A stretch of DNA of 64,000 nucleotides from Eledone cirrhosa (taxonomy: Eukaryota): NCBI GenBank assembly GCA_964016885.1, contig OZ024740.1, positions 58,590,001-58,654,000 on the forward strand, given 5' to 3'. Positions 1-12,796 of the stretch are shown piece by piece. Positions within the stretch are counted from its first letter, which is position 1. The number at the start of each line of letters is the position of its first letter. The translations under genes were made by a program, and so were the position numbers. The notes beneath the pieces were generated by a model. The model ran no database searches and was not told where the DNA came from. It saw only the letters and a program-made list of their open reading frames with translations.

Positions 1-1436
1 TCAATATTTTTATAACGCAAAAGTTTACAACACATTTATTAAATCATCTCTTAATATTTCGTAGCGTAACCTTTGTTGCTAATTACAGCCTGTAGGGCAT
101 TTGGAGTAGCCTCCTACAAACTTCTTGCATGTTTCTTGGCTAATATTTATCCATTCTTCACAACAAATTTTCTTTAGTTCAGGGATATTTTGGGGTTTCC
201 TTTTTTGATATCTCTCCACAAATTTTCGATCGGGTTAAGATCTGAAGACTGACATGGTCATTTTAGAACATTTATTCCATTCGTACTTAACCAAGATTGT
301 GTTAGCTTTGCAGTATGCTTTGGATTGTTATCGTGTTGAAAAAACCAACCTGGCTTTAAGCTGAGAGAATGTGCACTTTGATGTAAATTCCTTTGGAAAA
401 TACTTCTATAATAAGTGCCACCCATTCTTCCTTCTATTATTTCAATATTTCCTACTCCTGTGGCACTAAAGCAACCCCAGACCCTGATTGATCCACCTCC
501 AAATTTTACAGTTGGAATAGTATTCTTCAGCGAATATTCAGTACCTTTCTTTCTCCAAACTTTTGCCACAGCATTTCGACCAAAATGTTCAATTTTTGTT
601 TCGTCTGACCAAAGTACACTTCCCAAAATGACGCAGGTTTGATGAGATGCTCATTTGCAAAGTTTAATCGATGAAGAATGTGTTTCCTCGTAAGAAGTGG
701 TGTTTTCCTCGGAGACCTCGAGAAGATATTATATCGACAAAGTGAACGACTAATTGTATCTGTGCTCACTTTTACTCCACTTTCTTCTAGGTCATCCTGA
801 AGATTTTTAAGAGTACACCGGGGTTCGTTGCCAACCTTTCTCGTCCATAACCGAGCTGCACATTCCGTTATCTTTCTAGGACAACCAGAACTAATTAGAG
901 GACAGATGGAATGATGAGATTTCCAGTGACAAATTATTGTACCAACTGAACTCAATGGCACATTTAACTGACAAGATATCTTTCTATAACCAACACCATT
1001 TGTATGAAGGTCTACAATGAGTTTACAGAGGTCTTGATCAATCAGTTTATTTTTCCCCATATTGTCCATGTTTACAGGACGGTTGTCAATGTTTACAGGA
1101 TGGTTGTCAGACAAATAATGATGTAATGTTTTTAATAGTCCTTAGAAGTTACCTTAAACCTAATCTAGAACATTCTACTGAATTTTAAATCTGAAAATTT
1201 AAGAATTTTCTTGATAAAAAGCGATAAATATAAAATGTGTTGTAAACTTTTGCGTTGTAAAAATATTGATTTTTCTTCATGTGTTATTTCCTTGTTATTT
1301 TTTAAAAAATATGATTGTATCATTAAATGCCTCATTATATGTTCTATCAGTAGTTAAATTTTCATTACCCTAACTTTATTAAAAATACCTAAAACTGCAT
1401 TTTTCCTAATGTGTTGTAAACTTTTGCGGGGCACTG
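1..1436 (-). mobile_element. Tc1-family DNA transposon, IR/DR (long-TIR) type; left TIR runs off the window
   Basis: Right end reads TA|CAGTGCCCCGCAAAAGTTTACAACACA on the minus strand (TA at 1437-1438). TGTGTTGTAAACTTTTGCG occurs twice in the ~205-bp TIR (~1236 and ~1410). Bases 1-37 are the reverse complement of ~1232-1270, i.e. the inner end of the opposite TIR. Confidence 0.93.
51..1060 (-). pseudogene. Tc1 DD34E transposase, disrupted by frameshifts and a premature stop
   Basis: ORF 527..1114 (MGKNK... HTH region, RKTPLL) shifts into ORF 258..626 (VLWSDE, K(F)GGGSIRVWGCF, FQHDNNPKH). After TGA at 258-260 the frame continues PCQSSDLNPIENLW, with 34 residues between the second D and the E. 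Ends ...KGYATKY* near 51. Confidence 0.92.
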
Positions 1437-1475
1437 TATATATGAATGTACATATTGTATATTTAATAATATACA

Positions 1476-4400
1476 ATCATCATCATCATCATCGTTTAAC
1501 GTCCATCTTCCACGCTTGCATGGGTTTGGACGGGAGTGTTCCCACTTGAGGCAATAGTGGTTGTCTTGCTCGCATAGGACTGTCTGGCGGGTTTTCTACG
1601 GCTGGATGCCCTTCCTAATACCAACCACGTTTACAGTGTGGACTGGGAGGTTTTTACCGTGTTACCTACACGGCCACATTACAGCGTGGACTGTGTGTTT
1701 TTTTGTCGTGACACCTACGCGACCTTAGTTGTTTCGGGCTGGATGTTGTGGTACCAACATAACTTTACATTGGAAGGGGTGGTGTGGATGGGGTGGGGAT
1801 AGTGGGACGAGGATGTATTTTTGTTAGAGGTGCCTACTGACTGTAGTAGATTTCACTTTGTACTTAGGTAAGGCGGGTCTTCTGTATTACTGTGTAGCGC
1901 CAAAGATCTCCATCCAGTGACATTGTCTTGGAGAGGTGTAAGTGTGTGAGGTCGAAATTTATCAAGTCGTCCCAGGTTTTTCTGGGTCTGCCCACTCCGT
2001 GGCTACCGTCTATTTTTATTGCCCTGCACTTTTTTATACAGCTGTCGTCTTTCATGCGCATCACGTGACCGTACCAACGTAGTCTTCTCTCGAGTAAACA
2101 ACATCTGATCCCTCTTATTTCTAATGTTTCCCTTAGTTTATTTATGCTTTGCCGTTCACGTATATTACTATTACAGATCCAGCGGAGCATGCAAGCTTCG
2201 TTCCTCTCCAGTCTGCGTATATCCTCTGCACACAATGCCCAGGACTCACTGCCATGTAACATTGCTGTTCGTATGCAGGCATCATACAGCCTGCCTTTCA
2301 TTTTTAGAGAGAACCCTTTAGCGGCTAATAGTGGTATAAGCTCTCTGAAATTTTTACATCCAGTTCTGACTCTAGCTACTGTACTTTCAGAGCACCCTCC
2401 ACCACTGCTGATTTGTCACCCAAGTAACGGAAGGTGTCCACTATTTCTATAGAACCATCTGTGCAATGGAATGAGCTAGTATTTTGTGGGCACTTGCTGC
2501 TACTTATTGCACCAGAGCACCGGCCACATATGAAATCTATGTTCTTAGTTAGCTTACCTGTGATCCCACTACATCTTTTATGTACCCATACTTTGCATTT
2601 GGGACATAAAATGGAGTTTCTACCTACTCCTTTCCTACACACTGAGCATGGCCATTTCCCGGATGGGACTGGCGCCCTATTTTCCTTTCCACAAACTAGA
2701 ACTTTAGTCTTAGACAGGTTAATTTTAAGGTCTTTTGATTCTAGGCCATGCTTCCATGTTTGGAATTTCTTCTCTAGTTCAGCCATTGATTCAGCTATGA
2801 GCGTTAGATCATCTGCATATAGGAGTTCCCATGGTCAGCCGGTCTTGAACTCCACTGTTATAGCCTGAAGGGCAATAATAAATAGTAGGGGCCTAAGAAT
2901 GGAGCCCTGATGAACACCAACTTTTACGCTAAACTCTTCACTATATGCGTTGTTAATTCTAACCTTGCTGACTGTTTCTTTATACATGGCTTGTATAGCT
3001 CTCACAAGCCATTCATCAACACCTAGTTTTCTAAGAGCCCACCAGATAATGGAACGGGGGACTCTGTCAAAGGCTTTCTCCAAGTCGACAAAAGCTAAGT
3101 ATAGGCGTTTACTTTTATCTAGGTACTTCTCCTGTAGTTGTCGTACAATGAAAAGAGCGTCTGTGGTACTTTTACCTGACACAAACCCGAACTGCATTTC
3201 GTCTAGATCAATTCGCTCTCTGATTAGTTGCGCTATTACTTTTTCTGTGACTTCATGACCTGGTCGATTAATTTAATGCCTCTATAGTTACCCCTATCTA
3301 GGACATCTCCTTTACTCTTGTAGCAGTTAATGATGATGCTGCTACGCCAGTCCTTCGGAACAACCCCATTCTGTATGACTTGGTTTACTATCCGGGTGAC
3401 CATAGTGTGTCCCACCGTTCCAGAAGCTTTCAGCATTTCAGCAACTATTTCCGAAGGCCCAGCCGCCTTACCCATCTTCATATCTTTGATTGCCTTACTT
3501 ATTATACTCCCCTCGACTAACACTGCTGGTCCCTCTATTGGATCGATGTGGGGGAGACTGTCTTTCTCCCATTTATTCTCCTCATTTAGTAGCCTTTCGT
3601 AGTGACACTTCCAAGCTACCTTCTCATTAGCGTCAGTGATGGCAAGTACACCATCATCATTAAGGACACACTTCTCCCCGACAATATCACGGTTTTCCTT
3701 GACACATTGCCTAGCAATCCTGAACACCTCACGTTTTTGGTCCTCACGTTGTAGAACATGCTTGAACTTTCTTTCCTCTGCTTCCCTTCTTGCGAAGTAC
3801 ACTTGTCTCCTAGCTTCCCTCCTGGCCACTTGATAGTCTTCTCTACTTCCCCCATCCCGCCATACTTTCCAAGCCTGCTTTTTGGCCTTAATTGACTCCT
3901 CCACTTTACTGTTCCACCACCACGTTACTCTCCTCCTGCCTATAGGCCTGCTCCAGCCACGGACTTCATCTGCCGCCATCAGCAGGTTTACTTTCAGGAA
4001 TTCCCACTGTTCCTCTATATTGTACGACTCTAATTGCTCTTCCTTACTGTCGAAAGCATCAAGTAATATGCTTTTAAATTTATTACTGGCTGTGGGGTCC
4101 TTTAGCTTCCACATTTTTCTCCTGAGGATAGTCCTCTTCTGTTGTCGAGTACGTCTCGTCCTGACTATAAGGTCGCTAATTATGAGTATGTTGACAGGTG
4201 CATACTTCATGGGGAGGGATTTAGTGTTTACAACAGACACTCTGTCATGTCTTCTGGTAAGTATATAATCTACCTGGCTGGCGTGTTCCCCTGATCTATA
4301 GGTGATCAAGTGATTGTCTTGTTTTTTGAAGTTAGTGTTACAAATAGTTAGGTTATTTGCGTCACAGAATTCTAGGATTCTGGAGCCTTCCTCATTTCTA

Positions 4401-4740
4401 GTACCAAACCCATAGCCTCCATGGATTCCGTCATAGCCGTCACAATGTTGTCCAACATGACCATTTAGGTCGCCAGCAATAATTATATAGTCACTGTCGG
4501 ATATTTGGGAGGTAGTGAGCATCAATGTCTCATAGAATCTGTCTTTTATAGCGCCAGGCAGTCCGGATTGGGGTGCGTACGCAGATATTACTGTCACAGT
4601 AGTTCTATTTAGAACAAGTCTTATTTTAATTATTCTGTCGTTCACTCTATTTACGTCTATTATCTTATCCACCCATTTTTCTGCTAACATGATTCCTACC
4701 CACCCAGCCCATTGTCATTTCCCACCCAGAAAAGCTTATA
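1476..4740 (-). mobile_element. RTE-clade LINE, 5'-truncated, frameshifted (APE endonuclease, RT with PHD insert, 3' UTR, (GAT)n tail)
   Basis: ORFs 3236..4690 (GDLNGH, VDYIL), 2835..3197 (DLEKAFD, GVHQGS), 2376..2786 (PHD), 1864..2301 ([15 protein letters not shown]). (CAT)n at 1476-1493. The 5' end abuts a (TA)n tract at ~4737-4752. Confidence 0.95.
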
Positions 4741-4758
4741 TATATATATATAAATATA

Positions 4759-5400
4759 TTCATCATCATCATTATCGTTTAACGTCCATGTTCCACGCTT
4801 GCATGGGTTTGGACGGGAGTTTTCCCACTTGAGGCAAGAGTGGTTGTCTTGTTCGCATATGACTGTCTGGCGGGTTTTCTACAGCTGGATGCCCTTCCTA
4901 ACACCAACCACATTTACAGTGTGGGACTGGGAGGTTTTTACCGTGTTGCCTACACGGCCACATTACAGCGTGGACTGTGTGTTTTTTGTCGTGACACCTA
5001 CACGATCTCATTTGTTTCAGCCAGGATGTTGTGGCACCAACATAACTTTACATTGAAAGAGGCGGTGTGGATGGTGGGACAGGGGTGTATTTTGTTAGAG
5101 ATGCCTACTGACTGTAGTAGGTTTTACTTTGTATTTAGGTAAGGCGGGTCTTCTCTATTACTGAGTGCCGCCAAAGATCTCGGTCCAGTGACATTGTCTT
5201 GGAGAGGTTTAAGTGTGTGAGGTCAGAGTTTATCAGGTCGTCCCAGGCTTTTCTGGGACTGCTTACTCCGTGGCTACCGTCTATCTTTATTGCCCTGCAC
5301 TTTTTTATACAGCTATCGTCTTTCATGCGCATCACGTGACCATACCAACGTAGCCTTCTCTCGAGTAAACAGCATCTGATCCCTCTTATTTCTAATTTTT
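4759..5400 (-). mobile_element. RTE LINE 3' fragment, same young subfamily
   Basis: Near-identical to 1476-2125; (CAT)n tail; ORF 5135..5335 MRMKDDSCIKKC...KTRLT. Confidence 0.92.
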
Positions 5401-5435
5401 CTAGTTGTCTCTGATAAAGTTATATCTGTGTCTTT

Positions 5436-6020
5436 TCCAGTCACAAGAAAGGCCCATAGAAGTGGTTGATAGCGTTCGTTATCTATGCTTAATTGGCAAT
5501 GGAGTGGGGTCTTGTGAGAGCATAATAACTAGAATAAGGATAAGATGGAAAAAGTTGAGAGAATTACTCCCACTGTTGACCACAAATGTTTCTCCCTATA
5601 TACAAAAGAATGACTGTATAACGTCCATGTGTGAAGTGTGATGCTACATAGTAGTGAAACATGGGCTGTGAATACAGAGGACATGTGTATACTGGAGAGA
5701 AATGAAGCAACCATGCTTTGTTGAATGTGCTATGCAAGTGTGAGAGAAAGGCAGAGCTTGGATGAGTTGAAGTAGAAGCTGATCTGTATGGACATGTGAT
5801 GTGCTTGGTCAATGATCGCTGGGTGAAGAAGGGGAAGGAAGCTGCAATAGAAGTAGATCAAGAAAGAGTTGGGCAGAAGTGGTGAGAGCTGACCTCAAAT
5901 TACTGAGACTCACAGACAAGATGACGAAGGAACACGATGAGTGAAGAGATGCTGTGCTGAAATGTACCTGTCCAACCCATGTAAGCATGAAAAAACGGAC
6001 ATAAAAATGATGTTGATGAT
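5436..6020 (+). mobile_element. Older RTE LINE 3' fragment
   Basis: IEVVDSVRYL, GSCESIITRIRIRWKKLRELLPLL; tail CCCATGTAAGCATGAAAAAACGGACATAAAAATGATG. Confidence 0.85.
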
Positions 6021-6600
6021 AATAATATGCAGAATAGAAGTAACCAAGTCTGTAAATGTCTATGTAAATTTTCACATTTTTAGTATATAGACATATAAAA
6101 GTGCCAAACACTCATACTTCCCCGTAAACTGAAAAAAATGATAAACAACCAGTTTTCAAATCTAGTTGAGCTTTCGCCAGAAGGCATGTATATCTTCTAA
6201 ACAACCACAAGGAATTACATACCTTATCTTGTACAATAGCATCCTGAAATAGACGTACTAATAGCATATTATTAGTGCTCTGTTGGTAGTTGATTTACGG
6301 TGAAATACATATATTTGGTGTGTTTAAATGTTTATATATTATGCAGTCTTGGTTACTTCTATTTTGCATATTTATTTCAGCTGCTTAGTGCACACCTTAT
6401 ATCTTAATTATCTACCAATAAGAGCACTAATAATATAAAAATTTTTATGACCATTTCAAAATACTACTATAAATGATAGGGTATATAACCCTCTCCTCTC
6501 GATTATGTATTTCTTTGTTTTGATGATATCCATTCCTTCTGATGAAGACCCAACTAGACTTGAAAACTAGTTAAATTGTACCTAATAGCTATATTTTATG
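6020..6600. repeat. Interleaved inverted repeats (A B A' B'), possibly a Penelope-like pseudo-LTR remnant
   Basis: 6024-6053 is the reverse complement of ~6343-6372. ~6146-6300 pairs with ~6393-6572 (e.g. TATTATTAGTGCTCT / AGAGCACTAATAATA). A CTGATGA...GAAAACTAGTTA motif lies at 6539-6573. Confidence 0.55.
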
Positions 6601-8782
6601 AGATTTATTTACAAAATTATTATCTGCTATGGGTCACTAACTCTTGTATTCCAATCTTTAATAATATACAGGCATACTTTTTTCATGTTCTCAGAGCTAT
6701 GAGTTCATAATTTGTTCGTTTTTTTTTCTTTCCTGAAATTTTCTGTGAAAAACTATTGGTTATATCAATTATCATGAAATAGTCTTTCTCCACCTTTATA
6801 TATGTTTAATTTTTACAAAAGCAAACAATTGTAAATGTAATTTTTGAAATATAATTTAATTCTTCACAATGCTTAATTGCCCTTAAATCAATTTTTTGAT
6901 GAAATTATGAGAAACAATTTCTGACATGGCACCATTTATATAGTCTAGGATTGAATCAATAATTTTTCAAACAAAATATTTTATATTTTCATTTAATTAG
7001 CTTTTTGTTTCTTTTTTTCATTTAGTTTTCAAAGAAAATGTAATCTTGTTAGATTGAAACTTAATTCAGTTTCCAAATAAATTTTGATATGGACATTTGC
7101 AACATTCAAATTATTGTTTTACCTGTTTATAAATAAAACCTAATGGGAGGAAAATTTCTCTAAAATATTGCATTCATTATTTGTTTTTATAATATCTGCA
7201 ATTAATTGTAGTAATTCAAAACTAAAATATCATCAGGTCAATTTCCCTTAAAGGAAATCATATAATACCTGGTGTATTTTTAATAATTAATTTTTAATTT
7301 TAATTATATATTTGTTGGAAATAGAATGTTTAGAAGAAAGTTTCAAAAACCATTCTTGTATTAATATATAAAAAAAATTGTGTTTCGTCAAATTTTATTT
7401 CCCTTTAATCAGAAGTCACCTAAAACAGAGGTGCTCTCATCCTTTACAGATACTTCAACAACTGTTTTCTTTAAGGAACAAAATGTAAACACTAAACAAA
7501 ATACTTCAAATGTTCTTTCAAATTCTAATTAAACAGAGTATGATTATCATTGAAACATTTGTGAAATCATGTTATTTTTCTTTGATATAAGAGGAGTTGA
7601 TTATATATAAATAAATATTTATCTCTAGTTCAGTGGTGTATTTAAGTCTAAGCAGTAAACTTCTTGACACACCTCATTTGTGATTTGAAAACTAAAATAT
7701 TTCTACTAGTGTTTCATTTCCTTTATCTCAATTGAAGCATACAATAAATATATTTTACGGCTAGACAAGCATTAACTCTGGCTTTTATTTCTAGGAATAT
7801 GGCATATAAAGATTTTATATATTTATCATAGCATATTGAATTTTTTTTTTTTGTCAGTTTATTGATATGTATATTTTTATCTATGATGATTACAAATGTG
7901 GCCTGGTTGGCCTGCCTGCTATATAAAACCATTGAAAATCAAAAGTTGAAATAGAATAACAAAATAGATGACTGTCATTATTAGTACCATTATTTTTAAT
8001 CAGTATGATTATAATCAAGTAGAGTATTAAATTCACAAAAATTATAGGGCATCAAACAAGTTGTCTTGCAGTATTTTGTTTTAATTCTTTATGTTTTGAG
8101 TTCAAATCCAATTAAGTTTGACTTTGTCCTTTCCTCTTTCCAGTGTTGATAAAAATAATTATCAGTGAAGTAGTGGAATCGATATAATCAATTATACTCT
8201 CTTTCTAAATTTGTAACCTTGCTAAAAATCCATATTGTTATATCCAGGGCTTCCATATATTTCAAAAGCTCATGGAGTTGTCCCTAGAATGTTCCTTTTC
8301 AAGGCAATGACTGGGCCAAGGCTTTTGTGTAAGACCAGCAGTAGCCCATGTATGAAATTCTCTCTTTCCATACTACCAGTGTTATCTTAGCACTAGTGAC
8401 AGCACAGATACACACAATATAAAGAGTTAAAATAGATACTTCAACATATCACATCCAGTACTCTAAAAATTCTGTTAATCCTCCTCCCTAGTTTGGTACT
8501 TTGTTTATGAGTTCAAAAAAGTTGAAAAGCCAAGTTTATATTAGTGGGATTTCATGTCAGTGTCTGAGAGCTGGAGCAAATACTATTGGCCATTTAATAT
8601 AATGTCTTAACAATTCTGTTATTCTGTCAATTCACTGCCTTATTATTTTTATTGTATTGTGGTATATAACATACCTGGTCATATGTACTGCACTCTGGAT
8701 GCTTGTTTCATTCCAACAAAAAGCAGACTATTATTAGTGTGAAAGAAGATTTCTCTGGTGAAGAAACCATTTAAATATTATT

Positions 8783-8970
8783 GGTAGATTGGCAGTATCA
8801 GTAGAGGGTCGGACAACATGCTTTACAGCATAGAGTTATGGCCCTTATGGTCTGAGTTCAAATCCCGTCGAGGTTAACTTTGCCTTTCATCCTTACGGGG
8901 TCGATAAAATAAAGTACCAGTAATGCACTGGGAAATTGCTGGCCTTGTGCCAAAAGTAGAAACAATTGTA
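8783..8970 (+). mobile_element. tRNA-derived SINE with MetaSINE-like core
   Basis: B-box GAGTTCAAATCC and core GCCTTTCATCCTTACGGGGTCGATAAAATAAAGTACCAG; near-identical copies elsewhere in the window. Confidence 0.8.
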
Positions 8971-9139
8971 ATCAATCTCATAAGACAGCAATGACATATT
9001 TCTTTTCCCTGCTCACTATAGCAGTCAAATATATCTCAACAAATACCCTACTATCTTTAAAGTAGAAAGCACATGGTTTTTACTTCAAATCTTAGGAAGG
9101 ACAGCATGTTCACAGTAAAGAAATGTTAATTACGTGGAG

Positions 9140-9990
9140 GCAACGGAGGTGGGTGCTCAGAAAGTACAATAACTAGGGTAAGAACGGGATGGAAGAAGTT
9201 TAGGGAACTACTACCACTGCTAGCTGCAAAAGGCTTCTCCCTCAGAATGAAAGGCAGACTGTATGATGCGTGTATCCGAACAGCGATGTTGCATAGTAGT
9301 GAGACCTGGGCGCTGAAGGTGGAAGACTTACGTAGATTAGAGAGAAACGAAGCCTGCATGCTCCGATGGATGTGTAACAGTAATATACGTGAACGACAAA
9401 GCATAAATGAATTGAGAGAGAGACTGAGCATAAGAGGAATCAAATGCTGCGTGCAGGAGAGGCGGTTACGCTGGTATGGACATGTGATGCGTATGAAGGA
9501 TGACAGCTGCATAAAAAGGTGCAGAGCACTAGAAGTTGATGGAAACCGCGGAGTGGGGAGACCCAAGATGACTTGGGATGAGGTGATAAAAGCCGACCTT
9601 ACCCAACTACACCTCTCAAAGTCAATGACACACGACCGTGACTTCTGGCGTCACGCAGTAATACAGGGTACCCGACCTCCCATGGGTACATGCTGAAGCA
9701 TATAAACAATATGCCCCCCCCCCCCCCACCGCAAGGTGGTCGTGGAGGTGCCACGGCAAAAAAGCACCCAGCCCACACTGTAAAGTGGACGTGTAGGCGC
9801 CACGAAAAAGCACCCAGCACTCACTGTAAATGAGGTTGGTGTTAGGAAGGGCATCCAGCTGTAGAAATCAAGCCAGATCAGTTCCTGTATGAGCAAGGCA
9901 TGGTCAGCCGACCAGACACTGCCCACAACAGGACAACCCGTCTAACCCATGCTAGCGTGGAAGAACGGACGTAAAACGGTGATGATGATG
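9140..9990 (+). mobile_element. RTE LINE 3' fragment (second subfamily)
   Basis: ORF 9247..9696 MKGRLYDACIRTAMLH...[10 protein letters not shown]; 3' UTR with GGAAGGGCATCCAGCTGTAG; (GAT)n tail. Confidence 0.93.
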
Positions 9991-10289
9991 ACAACTGATT
10001 TTTAACTCAAACTTGCACTCTGGATATCATGTAGCAGCATGTTTATAATTATTAAGGATAGCACACCTATGAGTGTCTTCTAAATATGTAGCCAACTATT
10101 TATAGTATAGATCTACCCACTCATGCTAGTTAATATCAATGACAACAAACAAAAAGAGAAGATAGAGTAAATAGAACTAGATCAGGACAAAGAGGAGACA
10201 TAGGTTCAAGAATAGTCATTGAGAAAGTCATAAGATGTTTGACAAAAGAGCTTCAGCAATTACCTTATATACTGTTAGTTAGTCGATTT

Positions 10290-10490
10290 GGTGCCACAAT
10301 AAATAGTACCCAGTCCATGCTGTAAATATGGTTAGCATTAGGAAGGGCTTACAGCCATTGAAACCAAGCCAGAAAGCGCTCTGTATGAACAAGACATGGT
10401 CACCTTATCTGACTTATCTCACAACTTGTCTAACCCATTTTAGCATGGAAAATGGACGTTAAACAATGATGATGGTGATTATGATGATCA
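10290..10490 (+). mobile_element. RTE-type 3' tail / RTE-mobilised SINE remnant
   Basis: CATTAGGAAGGGC...AACCCAT..AGCATGGAAAATGGACGTTAAAC(GAT)n. Confidence 0.7.
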
Positions 10491-11081
10491 TTCAAATTTA
10501 AGCCAATCCAAAAATAAACCACCAACCCTCTATTTTATGTCTAAGAAATGGACAAAAATCCAAACTCCATTTATAAATCAAGGCAGCTAATCAACACATT
10601 ATTTTTAGATGGCATGGCTTTGAAATTCTCGTGAGTATAAAATATATTCATGAAGTTTTAACATTTTGATGTTTAAAATGTTTTAAGTGACATTTAGAAT
10701 ATAGTTTTTGTTTCACAACTACATTACGTAATACTTTTTTAAAGTTTCAACAAGTTTCTTGAATTTTTGTTTACTTACTGACACTCACATGCTGGGAGTA
10801 CTTTGAAAGCAAGAGATTGAATAAGAAAACTTTGTATAGGGATTCGTAGAGTAGAAGAGGCAAGGAGACACAGCAAGTGAGAGAGAGTGAGAGCAGTAAA
10901 ATACAAGTCAGAAGTAAGATTGAAAGAAAAAGTATTTCTAAATCAGAGAAAAACAGTCTGCATGTATGGGTGTGCACATGTGTATGTGTAAGTATGAATG
11001 TGCATGTGTGCTTGCATGAGATATTTTTTAATTAAAAAGATCAAATTATAAGAATTTGTTGCAAATATTTTCATAAGAATG

Positions 11082-11940
11082 CATCATCATCATCATCACC
11101 GTTTTATGTCCGTTCTTCCCTGCTAGCATGGGTTAGACGGGTTGTCCTGTTGTGAGCAGTGTCCAGTCGGCTGACCTTGTCTTACTCATACAGGAACTGA
11201 TTCTGGCTTGATTTCTACAGCTGGATGCCCTTCCTAACAGCAACCTCATTTACAGTGAGTGCTGGGTGCTTTTTTTCCGTGGCACCTACACATCCACTTT
11301 ACAGTGTGGGCTGGGTGCTTTTTTGCCGTGGGACCTCCACAACCACTTTGCAGTGGCAGGGGTTGGGGGCATATTGTCTATATGCTTCAGCTTCAGCTTG
11401 TTCCTGTGGGAAGTCGGGTCTTCTGTAATACTGCATGACGCCAGAGGTCACGGTCGTGTGATGTGCAATTGGGTAAGGTCGGCTTTTATCACCTCATCCC
11501 ATATCTTCTTGGGTCTCCCCACTCTGCGGCTTTCATCGACTTCTAGTGCTCTGCACCTTTTTATGCAGCTGTCATCCTTCATACGCATCACATATCCTAA
11601 CCAACATAACCTCCTCTCCTGCACACAGCATTTGATTCCTCTTATGCTCAGTCTTTCTCTCAATTTGTTTATGCTTTGCCGTTCGCATATATTACTATTA
11701 CACATCCATCGGAGCATGCAGGCTACGTTTCTTTCTAATCTGCACAAGTCTTCTACAGACAGCGACCGGGTTTCACTACTATGTAACATTGCTGTTTGTA
11801 TACATGCATCATACAGTCTGCCTTTCATTTTGAGGGAAAAGCTTTTTGCAGCTAGCAGTGGCAGTAGCTCCCTGAACTTCTTCCATCCCGTTCTTACCCT
11901 AGTTATTATACTTCCAGAACACCCACCTCTGCTGCTAATA
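11082..11940 (-). mobile_element. RTE LINE 3' fragment, inverted relative to 9140-9990
   Basis: ORF 11448..12011 GGCSGSIITRVRTGWKKFRELLPLL...; (CAT)n at 11082-11098. Confidence 0.93.
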
Positions 11941-11949
11941 ATAAATAAC

Positions 11950-12098
11950 ACTAATGATGGTGTAGTAAATCTAAAAAAATCACTTATTTTCATTGTAAAA
12001 TAATCACTCATTATTTATGTAGAATTTAAGGTTGGTAAAAATCAACAAAATATTAACCTCATATATAAGCCAATCCCCTAATTTACCATCAATTTTCT
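11950..12098. repeat. Unclassified dispersed repeat (second copy at ~57960-58115)
   Basis: GTAGTAAATCTAAAAAAA...TTTCATTGTAAAATAATCACTC...TTTATGTAGA...TTTACCATC is shared by both loci. Confidence 0.7.
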
Positions 12099-12588
12099 TT
12101 GTCATATATTTAAAAAAAAAAAGTAATAATAAACTGAAGTAAAACTCAACTAGTGGGTGTGTTTTTATTGCATTATGCCCCCCCCCCTCCAAGTATAACA
12201 ATATCTGTTCCAACACATAATTTCACATCAAGAATCTTGCAAAACAAATACAAAAATGAAGGATAAAAATGTTATTAGCCTTTCAGCCTTATTGTATCTA
12301 TGATACAAAAAATGTTAATTTTAATGTGCCTATATTTACATAAACACCTTTAATCATAATCTGACATACGTTATGCTGCAAGTACTAGCTCAATAATGGC
12401 AAAGTTATTTTTATTGTCAGATCTCTCCAAATTTTTGTTTAATTTCAAAATCATTTATAAACTATAGGCTGTGACTGTCATTAGGAATACAGTAACAAAA
12501 GGGTTAAATTATGTATTAATCAATCAGTATGTCTCTTTCATTATTGCTTTATTAGCAACATATATAATCCTTCCTCCTCTATATTTAA

Positions 12589-12796
12589 CCCTTTAGCATT
12601 TACACTGCTTAATATTTACTATTGTATTTTCATAGTAAACACTTTATCCCACATAATATTGAAGCTATGAGATGTTGATATTATTTATTTTGAGAACAAT
12701 ACTTTAATGTCATTATGAGCAGCCAGTTACAGTCTGTTTGAAGAGAAAGAGGTTAGAGAATTCTGGCCAGATATTGCCAGTTTAAATGCCAAAGGG
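12589..12796. mobile_element. piggyBac-type MITE (~208 bp)
   Basis: TTAA|CCCTTTAGCATTTA ... TAAATGCCAAAGGG|TTAA: TIRs start CCC, with a TTAA target-site duplication. Confidence 0.85.

Noticed and set aside
2124-4268. Antisense ORFs over RTE copies (also 42886-43827 and 11266-12003)
   Set aside because: Shadow frames of the RT ORF with no independent coding signal.
8783-8875. tRNA gene (A/B boxes)
   Set aside because: The head continues into a SINE core, multiple diverged copies exist and no cloverleaf is evident.
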